DNA from: an uncultured delta proteobacterium
GTDB taxonomy: Bacteria > Myxococcota_A > Polyangia > Polyangiales > B10-G4
Assembly (NCBI GenBank): GCA_963727445.1
Contig: CAVSGI010000009.1
Location: 448,001 to 512,000 of the forward strand
Length of the DNA stretch: 64,000 nucleotides
Direction: 5' to 3'
Under the pieces are notes generated by a model. That model saw nothing but the letters and a program-made list of their open reading frames with translations, did no database searches and had not been told where the DNA came from. This document shows, piece by piece, positions 9,786 to 18,660 of the stretch (the first letter of the stretch is position 1; each line of letters opens with the position of its first letter). The translations under genes were made by a program, and so were the position numbers.

Positions 9786-10234
9786 CGCTCCACCTCGCAG
9801 CGCATGTGCACCCGGCGAGCCCGAGGCTCGGTGTCGCCTTCGAAGTAGGCGACGCTGTCGAAGGTGCTGGTCGCGATCTCCACCGACTCGACGTCGGCCA
9901 ACTCGGCGTCGCCGCTCTCGGCGACACGCTCTGCGATCTGGTGACAGAGGCTCGCCTGGGTCGAGGGGCCGCCGTCGATCGCAGCCTGGATGGTCATCAT
10001 CGACTGCAGGACCTCGTAGGTCGCCGCGGAGATCGACGGTGAGAGGGGGGTCTCCTCGGCGTCCGCGTGAACGCCGAGCGCGTGGGGCAGCGTCAGCAGC
10101 GGGTCGGGCCGCCCGTAGGAGAACATCGGGTAGTTGCTGAGCGGAAAGCTATCGACCGGCGGATCGCGAAACGCCGGCCAGAGGACAAGTGCGGTCAAAA
10201 GCACACTGACGGAATAGACGTACACGCGGTACAT
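9782..10234 (-). CDS. Small membrane-anchored partner of the HTTM protein
   Basis: One N-terminal TM helix then DSFPLSNYPMFS. 4-nt ATGA overlap with the HTTM gene. Alternative start 10255. Confidence 0.7.
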   Translation of the reverse strand: MYRVYVYSVSVLLTALVLWPAFRDPPVDSFPLSNYPMFSYGRPDPLLTLPHALGVHADAEETPLSPSISAATYEVLQSMMTIQAAIDGGPSTQASLCHQIAERVAESGDAELADVESVEIATSTFDSVAYFEGDTEPRARRVHMRCEVER

Positions 10235-10315
10235 CGCGCCGGGAGTAGAGCACATCTCCCAACCCCCTCGGCCGGCTTTCGGGCGGGGCCGTCACGTATA
10301 CTTCCTCCGCCCCCG

Positions 10316-11608
10316 ATGGCGCTTCCCCACCCCTTGCGTCCCTACCTCGCCCGCGCACCGCGCGCGGTACTGGTCCTCTACGCCGTGACCACGGCGTTCG
10401 CGACCTACTTCGGGATGTACGCCTTCCGCAAACCCTTCGCGGCGGCGACCTTCGAGGGGCAGACCTTCCTCGGGACCGGCCTCGATCTGAAGACGGCCTT
10501 CGTGATCAGCCAGATCGTCGGCTACACGCTGAGCAAGTACGCCGGCATCAAGGTCGTCTCCGAGGTCGCCGCCGAACGCCGCGCCGCGACCCTCATCACG
10601 CTCATCACCGTGGCCGAGCTGGCGCTCGTGCTCTTCGGCGTGCTGCCTGGCGCGTTCATGTCCTTCGGGCTCTTCGTCAACGGCCTCGCGCTCGGGATGA
10701 TCTGGGGCCTGGTGGTTCGCTACCTCGAGGGGCGCAAGAGCTCCGAGCTCCTCCTCGCGGGCCTCAGCACTTCGTTCATCGTCGCGAGTGGCGCCGTCAA
10801 AGACGTCGGCCGCTACCTGATGCGCGACGTGGGCATCAGCGAGATCTGGATGCCCGCGGCGACCGGCGCGATCTTCTTTCCCGTCTTCATCCTCTCCGTC
10901 TTCCTCCTCGATCAAGTCCCCGACCCCACCGAAGAGGACATCGTCGCCCGCGTCGAGCGCCGTCCGATGAACGCGGCCGAGCGGCGCGCCTTCATCGCGC
11001 GCTTCGCCGTCGGTCTGGTGCCCCTCTTCGGCGTGTACATCGCGTCCACCGCCTATCGAGACTTCCGTGACAACTACGGCGTCGAGATCTTCGCCGGCCT
11101 CGGTTACCAGGAGCAACCCGGCCTCTTCACCCAGAGCGAGATCTGGGTCGCCCTCGGGGTGCTCGCGATCCTCGCCGCCCTCAACCTCGTCTCCGACAAT
11201 CGCCGCGGCCTCGCCGGTGCCTTCGTGGTGATGATCGGCGGTGCGCTCCTCATCGGCATCTCCACCCTCCTGCTCGACTCCGGCGCGCTCGACGGGATGA
11301 CCTGGATGATCCTCGTGGGGCTCGGCTCCTATCTGGTCTACGTCCCCTTCAACACGGTCCTCTTCGACCGGATGATCGCCGCCACCCGCGTCCAGGCCAC
11401 GGCGGTCTTCGCCATCTACGTGGCGGATGCGCTCGGCTACACCGGTTCGATCGGTGCCCAGCTCTACAAAGACTTCGGCGACCCCGGCGCCACGCGCCTG
11501 GGCTTCTTCCGGGGCTTCTCCTACGGATTCGCCGCGGTGGGTGCGGTGCTCCTCGTCGCCTGTCTCGTCTACTTCTGGCGACGGAGCCGCCCGGCGGACG
11601 CAAACTGA
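10316..11608 (+). CDS. DUF5690-like MFS-fold membrane protein
   Basis: 'YFGMYAFRKPF', 'SQIVGYTLSKYAGIKVVSE', 'YLEGR', 'AYRDFRDNY', 'YVADALGYTGS' motifs and about 12 TM helices. Start at ATG 10316 with TATACT upstream. Confidence 0.7.
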   Translation: MALPHPLRPYLARAPRAVLVLYAVTTAFATYFGMYAFRKPFAAATFEGQTFLGTGLDLKTAFVISQIVGYTLSKYAGIKVVSEVAAERRAATLITLITVAELALVLFGVLPGAFMSFGLFVNGLALGMIWGLVVRYLEGRKSSELLLAGLSTSFIVASGAVKDVGRYLMRDVGISEIWMPAATGAIFFPVFILSVFLLDQVPDPTEEDIVARVERRPMNAAERRAFIARFAVGLVPLFGVYIASTAYRDFRDNYGVEIFAGLGYQEQPGLFTQSEIWVALGVLAILAALNLVSDNRRGLAGAFVVMIGGALLIGISTLLLDSGALDGMTWMILVGLGSYLVYVPFNTVLFDRMIAATRVQATAVFAIYVADALGYTGSIGAQLYKDFGDPGATRLGFFRGFSYGFAAVGAVLLVACLVYFWRRSRPADAN

Positions 11609-11640
11609 GCACCGACCTCTGCCGGGAGTATCCTCTTGGT

Positions 11641-13164
11641 GTGACCGTCGATTGGGCCGGTGCGCTGTTGGTCGGGCGTTATCGCCTCGGCCGGCGTGTG
11701 GGCGGCGGCGGCATGGGCGCGGTACACGAGGCGCGCGACGAGCGGGTCGGCCGGCGCGTGGCGGTGAAGGTGCTCCACCCGGAGCTCGCCCGCGAGCGTC
11801 AGCACATCGCGCGCTTCCTCCGCGAGGCCAAGGCCGCGGCGGGCTTGCTCCATCCGCACATCGTCCAGGTTCTCGACGTGAGCGGCAGCGAGGGCGAGGG
11901 CCCGCCTTTCTTGGTGATGGAGTTCTTGAGCGGTCAGTCCCTGGCCCGCATGCGCAAGGACGAGAAGAAGCTCGCGCCGGGCCGCGTGGTGCGCCTCGCG
12001 CGGCAGCTCCTGTCTGCGCTCGGCGCCGCGCACCGCGTGGGCATCGTCCATCGCGACATGAAGCCTGGCAACATCATCGTGCAGCGCGGGTACGACGGAC
12101 GCGAGATCGCGAAGATCGTCGACTTCGGCATCGCCAAGCTGATGGACACGCGGAGCTACTCGCGGCTCACCGCTACCGGCGAGGTCCTCGGCACGCCGAC
12201 CTTCATGTCGCCCGAGCAGCTGAGCGGAGAGGAGGTCGACGGGCGGGCGGACCTCTACGGCGTCGCGTCGATCATCTACGACTGCATCGTCGGCGAGCCG
12301 GCCGTCGGGTCGGGCCCGCTGGTGGAGATCGCCCAGCGTGCCCTGACCGGCGACCACCCCATCCTCGCCACGGTGGCGGACGTCCACCCGGGGCTCTCCG
12401 AAGTGGTGGAGCGCGCCCTCGCGGTCGATCCGAACGCGCGCTACCCCGACGCCGAGGCCATGTCGGAGGCGCTGGCGCCCTTCGAGGATCCGACGGATGC
12501 GCTCCTGGTGCCCGAGCATCGCCTCCCGCATCCGGCCACTCGCATGACGCCCTCGGTCCGGCCCGAGGCGACGATCCCGACCACCAGCGAGCGCCCTCCT
12601 TCCGCCTCGGGCAGCGGGGTGGCGATTCCAGCGACTGGGGAGCGGCCGCCTTCCGCCTCGGGCAGCAAGGCGGCGATTCCGGCGACCACCGAGCGGCCAC
12701 CTTCCGCCTCGGGCAGCAAGGCGGCGATTCCAGCGACCGGGGAGCGGCCGCCTTCCTCGGCGGGAGCGCCGCGCGACATGCCCCCGAGGGGCGAGCCGCC
12801 GCCCTCAGCGAACGCGTCCGTCTCCGGGGCGGTCCACGCCCAAGAGAGCCCGCGGCGGCGTGGGCTCTTTCTCGCCGCGCTGGCCTTCATCGGTTGTCTC
12901 CTCGGCGCCGGGGCCGTCGCGACCTACGTTCTCTTCGTCCGACGTGACGCCGGCGCAGCCCAAACGCCCCCCGTCCAGCCGAGCCCCACGCCCCCATCGT
13001 CATCCACGGCGACACCACCGCCCGCGCCCGCGACGGCGGCCGCGCCGACGTCGCCATCAACGGAGCCACCGCTGCAGCCCATGATGCCGTCGACCGGACC
13101 TGCTGCGGTCGTACCCGCACCACTCGCCGACCCCAACGCGGCGCCCGCGGGCGAGACGCACTGA
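11641..13164 (+). CDS. Hanks-type Ser/Thr protein kinase with repeat linker, TM helix and Pro-rich extracellular tail
   Basis: GGGGMG, VAVK, HRDMKPGN, DFG, GTPTFMSPEQ, DLYGVA motifs. TM 'GLFLAALAFIGCLLGAGAVATYVLFV'. Confidence 0.92.
   Translation: MTVDWAGALLVGRYRLGRRVGGGGMGAVHEARDERVGRRVAVKVLHPELARERQHIARFLREAKAAAGLLHPHIVQVLDVSGSEGEGPPFLVMEFLSGQSLARMRKDEKKLAPGRVVRLARQLLSALGAAHRVGIVHRDMKPGNIIVQRGYDGREIAKIVDFGIAKLMDTRSYSRLTATGEVLGTPTFMSPEQLSGEEVDGRADLYGVASIIYDCIVGEPAVGSGPLVEIAQRALTGDHPILATVADVHPGLSEVVERALAVDPNARYPDAEAMSEALAPFEDPTDALLVPEHRLPHPATRMTPSVRPEATIPTTSERPPSASGSGVAIPATGERPPSASGSKAAIPATTERPPSASGSKAAIPATGERPPSSAGAPRDMPPRGEPPPSANASVSGAVHAQESPRRRGLFLAALAFIGCLLGAGAVATYVLFVRRDAGAAQTPPVQPSPTPPSSSTATPPPAPATAAAPTSPSTEPPLQPMMPSTGPAAVVPAPLADPNAAPAGETH
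12568..12765 (+). repeat. In-frame 51-bp (17-aa) tandem repeat, about 3.8 copies
   Basis: ccttccgcctcgggcagc recurs at 12598, 12649 and 12700. Protein unit AIPATxERPPSASGSKA. Confidence 0.9.
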
Positions 13165-13364
13165 CCGTCTCGGCCGTCTGAACGACGGCTCACCAAGCCG
13201 GTCTTCGTCCGGATCTCACGTTGATCCGACCTTCAACGGGTCGTGATCGGGCCTTTCATTTTCGTGCCGTTGGCCTGACATTCTCTTTCGGGTATTCTCG
13301 CCGCCCCTTCTCCCAGGGTGGCTCGCAGCCCCCCGGAGAAGTCCGGAGAAAGGTAGAGCAGCGC

Positions 13365-14654
13365 ATGTCGAAGGATTCGTTGACGGTCACCGACAACCGG
13401 ACTGGCAAGACCTACGAGCTGCCGGTCGAAAACGGGACCATCAAGGCGATGGACCTGCGCCAGATCAAGGTGTCTGACGACGACTTCGGGATGATGTCCT
13501 ACGACCCCGCGTACAAGAACACGGCTTCGACCAAGTCGAAGATCACGTTCATCGACGGTGAGAAGGGCATCCTCAAGTACCGCGGCTACGCGATCGAGGA
13601 CCTCGCCGAGAAGGCCACCTTCCTCGAGGTCGCGTATCTCCTCATCCACGGAGACCTGCCCACCGCGTCCCAACTCGAGGACTGGCGACACAACATCACG
13701 TACCACACGCTGGTGCACGAGAACATCCGCGAGCTCATCGACGCGTTCCGTTACGACGCGCACCCCATGGGCACGCTGGTCAGCACCGTCGGCGCCCTGA
13801 GCACCTTCTATCCCGACGCGAAGGAAGTCGACGATCCGGAGAACCGGCGCCTCCAGATGTTCCGCCTCATCGCGAAGATCCCGACGCTCGCCGCGTACGC
13901 GTATCGGCACCGTCGCGGGATGCCCTACGTCTATCCGGACAACGACCTCAGCTACGCCGGCAACTTCTTGAACATGTTGTTCAAGATGACCGAGACCAAG
14001 TACAAGCCGAGCCCCGCGATCGAGAAGGCGCTCGACGTCCTCTTCATCCTCCACGCCGACCACGAGCAGAACTGCTCGGCGTCGACGATGCGTCAGGTCG
14101 GATCGTCCCACGTGGACCCCTACAGCGCGCTCGCCGCTGCGTCGGCGGCGCTCTACGGCCCGCTTCACGGCGGCGCCAACGAGGCGGTGGTTCACATGCT
14201 CCGCGAGATCGGCAGCGTGAAGAACATCCCCGCGGCCGTGGACAAGGCGAAGAACGGCGAGTTCCGCCTCATGGGCTTCGGCCACCGCGTCTACAAGAAC
14301 TACGACCCGCGCGCGAAGATCATCAAGACGCTCGCCCACGAGGTGTTCGCGGAGGTGGGCAAGAATCCGCTCATCGACATCGCGGTGGAGCTCGAGAAGA
14401 TCGCCCTCGACGACGAGTACTTCGTGAAGCGCAAGCTCTACCCGAACGTCGACTTCTACAGCGGCCTCATCTACCAGGCGATGGGCCTGCCGATGGACAT
14501 GTTCCCGGTGCTCTTCGCCATCGGCCGCACGCCGGGCTGGCTCTCCCAGTGGGAAGAGATGCTCACCGACCCCGAGCAGAAGATCGCGCGTCCCCGCCAG
14601 GTGTATCTCGGCGAGATGAACCGCGACTACGTGCCCATCGACCAGCGCAAGTAG
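13365..14654 (+). CDS. gltA: Citrate synthase
   Basis: ITFIDGEKGILKYRGY, LHADHEQNCS, GPLHGGANE, MGFGHRVYKNYDPR, LYPNVDFYSG. ATG 13365 has GGAGAAAGG upstream. Confidence 0.96.
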   Translation: MSKDSLTVTDNRTGKTYELPVENGTIKAMDLRQIKVSDDDFGMMSYDPAYKNTASTKSKITFIDGEKGILKYRGYAIEDLAEKATFLEVAYLLIHGDLPTASQLEDWRHNITYHTLVHENIRELIDAFRYDAHPMGTLVSTVGALSTFYPDAKEVDDPENRRLQMFRLIAKIPTLAAYAYRHRRGMPYVYPDNDLSYAGNFLNMLFKMTETKYKPSPAIEKALDVLFILHADHEQNCSASTMRQVGSSHVDPYSALAAASAALYGPLHGGANEAVVHMLREIGSVKNIPAAVDKAKNGEFRLMGFGHRVYKNYDPRAKIIKTLAHEVFAEVGKNPLIDIAVELEKIALDDEYFVKRKLYPNVDFYSGLIYQAMGLPMDMFPVLFAIGRTPGWLSQWEEMLTDPEQKIARPRQVYLGEMNRDYVPIDQRK

Positions 14655-14658
14655 CGGC

Positions 14659-15000
14659 GTGGCCCCGAGCGAGGAGCGCGTCGCGCGTGAGCGGCGCATC
14701 TTCGAGGTCATCCGGCAGATCCCGCGAGGCAAGGTGGCGACCTATGGACAGGTCGCCATGCTCGCGGAGATCCCGCGGGGGCATCGCGTGGTGGCGGCCG
14801 CGCTCAAGCTGAGCGACCCCAAAGCGCGCCTTCCCTGGCAGCGCGTGGTGGGCAAGAAGTCCCGCACCCGCGCCAAGATCGCCATCGAGGATCCCGAGGC
14901 CGCCGCGCGCCAGCGCGCGCTCCTCGAAAAGGAAAAGGTGGAGGTGGACGCCGAGGGCTTCATCTCCCTCGCGCGATTCGGCTGGCTCCCTCTAGACTAG
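14659..15000 (+). CDS. Alkyltransferase-like (ATL/YbaZ-like, MGMT family) protein
   Basis: IPRGKVATYGQVA, and PWQRVV in place of the catalytic PCHRV (no active Cys). QRALLEKE C-terminus. Confidence 0.85.
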   Translation: MAPSEERVARERRIFEVIRQIPRGKVATYGQVAMLAEIPRGHRVVAAALKLSDPKARLPWQRVVGKKSRTRAKIAIEDPEAAARQRALLEKEKVEVDAEGFISLARFGWLPLD

Positions 15001-15004
15001 GGGC

Positions 15005-17017
15005 GTGCTCCGCGCCGTCATCCTCGCGTCGTCTCTGCTCGTCGCGTGCGGTGACGACGGCGGCGGCGGTGACGCGGGTGACGCGGGGACCGACGTGGGA
15101 GGCGACGATGGCGTCGCCGAACCGATGCCACCCGCTCCGGCGATGCTCACACCCTGCCCGCCGGGCGCGGTGGAGATGGTGCGCGACGGCGCGCCGACCG
15201 AGTGCTGGCCCATCACCGAGCCCGCGTGCGCGGATGGCGAGGTGCGGCTGTTCGGGGACGCCGAGTGCGGGCCGGTGGGGGGCCCGTGCGAAGGGGACTT
15301 CCCGCCGGGCCCGGCTTCCGGAGCGGTCTACGTGCGCGCGGGCAGCACCGGGGGCGATGGGTCCGAGGCCTCGCCCTTTGCGACGATCGGGCAGGCGCTC
15401 GCCGCGGCCGGGCGGGGCGCCACGGTGCTGGTCGGTCGTGGCACCTACGAAGAGCTGCTCTTCGTGAGCCGAGACGTCGATATCCGCGGTCTCTGCCCGG
15501 CCGAGACGATCCTGACGACCACCCTGCCCGACACGATCAACGGCGTGCTCAACGTCACGGGAGCGACCGTGACCGTGTCCGGCCTGTCGGTGCGCGGCGC
15601 GCCGCGCGGCGGGATCGTCGCGACCACCCGAGCGAACGCCACGCTTCGAGACGTGGTGGTCGACGACGTGGCGGTCTTCGGCGTCTACGTCGATCTCGAG
15701 TCCACGGCGAGCATCGACGAACTGGTCGTCACCGGCGTGGCGGACACGGCCGACGGGCAATTCGGAGATGGCCTGGTGGTGGACACCGCTGCTACCGCGA
15801 CCGCCTCGCGCGTCCTCATCGAACGCACTCACACCACCGCGATCAACGTGCTCGGCGCGGCGTCGCTGACCATCGACGGCTTCGTGGCGCGTGATATCGA
15901 GCCCAACGGCGCTGGCATCGGAGGCCGCGCGCTCAGCGTGAAGGCCATGGGGACCGTGTCTGCGAGCCACGTCTTCACCGAGCGGGCCCACGAGACCGCG
16001 GTCGAGGTCCGCGACGAGGGGACCAGCGCGACGCTCGCCGACCTCGTCCTCGACGACACCCGCCTGGGTGCCGACGGCCAGCACGGCCGCGCGCTCGACG
16101 TGCTGCCGGGCACGGACGTGAGCTTGCGGCGGATGCTCGTTCGAGGCGCCGGAGATTCGGCGATCCTGCTGCGCGATGCGAACGTCGAGATGCAGGACGT
16201 GGTCGTTCGCGAGGTTCGCGGCGGCGCAGACGGCGCCTTCGGGCGTTTTCTAGAGCTGCTCGAGGGCGGGTCGCTCATCGCTCGGCGCGTGCACTTCGAG
16301 GACGCCAAGGACATCGGATTGTCTTTCGCGGACGAAGGAACGAACGCGACGATCGAGGACCTCGTCATCATGGGCGTCCAGGGCCGCGTCTCGGACGGCG
16401 CCTTCGGCCGCGGGCTCAACGCCCAGCTCGGAGCCGCCGTGGAGGCGCATCGGGTGGTCGTGCGCGGGGTGCGCAACACCGGGGTCTTCATCGATGGGGC
16501 GTCGCTCACCGGTGAGGATCTCGACGTGAGCGAGGTGACGACCTCCGACGACACCCATCACGGCCGGGGGATGAACCTTCAGTTCGCGGCCCAGGTCACC
16601 CTCGCGCGCACTCGGATCACCGACGCCTTCGACCTCGGTCTCTTCGCTGGTGGCACAGGGACGACGGCGCATCTCTCGGACCTGACCATTCGCCGGATCA
16701 CGGCGCCCCGCTGCCCGAGCGGCGAGACCTGCGACGGACAGATCGGAGGCATCGGTCTGGGCGCGTACGAGGGCGCGGTGGTCGAGGTCGATGGGATCGA
16801 CCAGGGCGATGCCGCGCTCTGCGGCCTACACGTCGCCGACGCCGCTCAGCTGGACATCCATGGCGGCTGGATCCGTAACAACCTGATCGGGGCGTGCATA
16901 CAGATCGACGGGTACGACGTGAGTCGCGTCGGAACCCCCCAATATGTGGATAACGAAACCAACCTCGAAGCGACCAGTCTTCCCGTTCCCTCGGTCGACG
17001 TCGGGCTCGACGGCTGA
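15005..17017 (+). CDS. Right-handed beta-helix repeat lipoprotein, paralog 2
   Basis: Lipobox LVAC-GDD, Cys-rich N-domain, 'YVRAGSTGGDGSEASPFATIGQA...GRGTYEE', beta-helix repeats, and C-terminal 'NNLIGACIQ..YDVSR..DNETNLEATSLPVP'. Confidence 0.75.
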   Translation: MLRAVILASSLLVACGDDGGGGDAGDAGTDVGGDDGVAEPMPPAPAMLTPCPPGAVEMVRDGAPTECWPITEPACADGEVRLFGDAECGPVGGPCEGDFPPGPASGAVYVRAGSTGGDGSEASPFATIGQALAAAGRGATVLVGRGTYEELLFVSRDVDIRGLCPAETILTTTLPDTINGVLNVTGATVTVSGLSVRGAPRGGIVATTRANATLRDVVVDDVAVFGVYVDLESTASIDELVVTGVADTADGQFGDGLVVDTAATATASRVLIERTHTTAINVLGAASLTIDGFVARDIEPNGAGIGGRALSVKAMGTVSASHVFTERAHETAVEVRDEGTSATLADLVLDDTRLGADGQHGRALDVLPGTDVSLRRMLVRGAGDSAILLRDANVEMQDVVVREVRGGADGAFGRFLELLEGGSLIARRVHFEDAKDIGLSFADEGTNATIEDLVIMGVQGRVSDGAFGRGLNAQLGAAVEAHRVVVRGVRNTGVFIDGASLTGEDLDVSEVTTSDDTHHGRGMNLQFAAQVTLARTRITDAFDLGLFAGGTGTTAHLSDLTIRRITAPRCPSGETCDGQIGGIGLGAYEGAVVEVDGIDQGDAALCGLHVADAAQLDIHGGWIRNNLIGACIQIDGYDVSRVGTPQYVDNETNLEATSLPVPSVDVGLDG

Positions 17018-17113
17018 CATTCCGCCAACATTCGGGATTGACTCTCTCCCGGGGCAGTCTAAATACCGGCCCGCGGGGAGGAACGGTCCCCATTCACCGT
17101 ATCCAGGCACGCC

Positions 17114-17686
17114 ATGATGAACGAGGAAGAGGAGCACATCGAGGTTCGACCGGAGGATCGCATCGCTTTGCGTCGATCCCTCCGCGCCGATGCGCGCCTC
17201 ACCCTCACCGGTGAGCCTTCTGGCGGCTATTCGCCCGAGGGCGTGGTGACCGACCTGTCGGTTCATGGCCTCTGGGTCGCCGTCAATCGTCCCCTCCGCC
17301 TCGGCGATCGTCTGACCATCTCCTTCCGCCCCGCCCCGGCGCACCGCGAGCTCGCGCTCGACGCCGCGGTCGCTCGGGTGGACTGGCACGAGGGGAGCGA
17401 AGGCGTGATGGGCATGGGCCTGTCCTTCGACGGTCTCGCCCCCGACGAACAGCAGGTTCTCGAAGACGCCCTCAAGGGTCTGCCTCCGCGCCCGTCCAAG
17501 GCCACCTCGCCGGTGATCGCCCTCGTCGAGCACGATCCCCTCGAGGATGAGGTCGAGGAGATCCTCGAGGATGACGACATGGTCGTGATCGAGGAGAGCG
17601 GCGTCCGCGCCATCCCGGTCGCCGACGGCGAAGACGAAGGCTTCGAGCTCATCGCAGACGAAGAGCTCGAGGTCTTCATCGCCTAG
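17114..17686 (+). CDS. PilZ-domain protein with acidic C-terminal tail
   Basis: RxxxR (RPEDR/RIALR) plus DLSVHG (DxSxxG), 'AAVARV...GMGLSF'. Confidence 0.75.
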   Translation: MMNEEEEHIEVRPEDRIALRRSLRADARLTLTGEPSGGYSPEGVVTDLSVHGLWVAVNRPLRLGDRLTISFRPAPAHRELALDAAVARVDWHEGSEGVMGMGLSFDGLAPDEQQVLEDALKGLPPRPSKATSPVIALVEHDPLEDEVEEILEDDDMVVIEESGVRAIPVADGEDEGFELIADEELEVFIA

Positions 17687-17715
17687 CAGGTTGCCCGCAA
17701 CCTCCCGTGCCCGGC
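17683..17715. repeat. REP-like palindromic element, copy 1
   Basis: CTAGC-AGGTTG-CCCG-CAACCT-CCCGTGCCCG, beginning at a TAG stop between convergent genes. Near-identical to 61386-61425. Confidence 0.65.
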
Positions 17716-17722
17716 TCGGCGC

Positions 17723-18583
17723 TCAGTCCGCCGTCTCGCGTGCCGGCCCCCACACCGCCATCAGCTTCCGGTGGGAGTTCTGGGTCGTCCCCGTCGAGCG
17801 ATCGCACTTCCGCGCCTCGTGCTCGCCGCACGGCAGATCCTCGTCGCGGAAGTAGCGGCGTCCGCAGGGGCGCAGGTAGCTCATGATCTCGCCGCAGTGC
17901 ATCGCGTGGTCGAGGCCGAAAGCGTGCGCCACCTCCATGCCCGCCGTCTCGCAGGTGCGCCGCGCGTCTTCGTGGAGCTTGTGCGAGAAGACGAGGACGA
18001 CCGCGCCTTCGATCACCTGGCCGTTGAAAGGGGCGAGGCCGGTGGCGCTGTCGTGGCTGTGGCCCTCGTGCCCATCGCCGACGTCGCCGTCGCCGCCGTC
18101 GAGCACCTCCGGCGTGCCGCCCACCACCACCATGACGTAGTCCTCGTCCACCGGGCGCTGATCCACGATGCGCACGTCGAAGTCTTTGAAGCGATCGCGC
18201 ACGCATCCCAGGATCTGATTCCAGCGAGCGTTGCTACCCGCGAACGCCGGGATCTCGGTCTCGGCGAGGCCCGCGCGTTCGACGATGCTCGACACGTTGT
18301 GCTCCGCGTCGTCGGTGCCTCCCCTCAGGTGCGCGCCTTCGCGGTTGAGGTAGATGACGTGTGCTGGCTCGGGCGGTTCGAGGGGGTCGGGAACCAACAC
18401 CTGGACGTATTCGCCGAGGGGATTCGTCGGACGGTCTGCGATGGTCTTGCCGGAGTAGCGCTCCCAGACGATCCATCCGGCCCAGGCGACCACGGGGATC
18501 GCGAGACCCAGGAGCAATCCGAGGACGAGCATTCCTCCCCCGCCTTTGCGCCGTGGTGCCGGTGCGGCTTTTCGCGCGGCCAT
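17723..18583 (-). CDS. Membrane-anchored matrixin/metzincin-like protein with degenerate Zn motif (MEVAHAFGLDH)
   Basis: xExxHxxGxxH followed by Met-turn 'CGEIMSY'. N-terminal TM helix. Start 18583 is supported by TATGAT-N7-ATG. Confidence 0.65.
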   Translation of the reverse strand: MAARKAAPAPRRKGGGGMLVLGLLLGLAIPVVAWAGWIVWERYSGKTIADRPTNPLGEYVQVLVPDPLEPPEPAHVIYLNREGAHLRGGTDDAEHNVSSIVERAGLAETEIPAFAGSNARWNQILGCVRDRFKDFDVRIVDQRPVDEDYVMVVVGGTPEVLDGGDGDVGDGHEGHSHDSATGLAPFNGQVIEGAVVLVFSHKLHEDARRTCETAGMEVAHAFGLDHAMHCGEIMSYLRPCGRRYFRDEDLPCGEHEARKCDRSTGTTQNSHRKLMAVWGPARETAD

Positions 18584-18660
18584 GCGCTGCATCATACAGC
18601 TGCAGGTCGGCTTTGGATCGCGTACCCGTCTACCGGCCACGCGTGTTGTAGCCTGCGCAC

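Noticed and set aside
12568..12765. Tandem repeats here and at 53227-53358 as CRISPR arrays
   Set aside because: No unique spacers, periods are multiples of 3, they lie in-frame within kinases, and no cas genes are present.
13233..14732. 499-aa ORF antisense to gltA, and similar long antisense ORFs (26565..28499, 28681..30933, 55560..58097, 39957..41924)
   Set aside because: Shadow ORFs expected from GC3-biased codon usage. They have no motifs and fully overlap well-supported genes.
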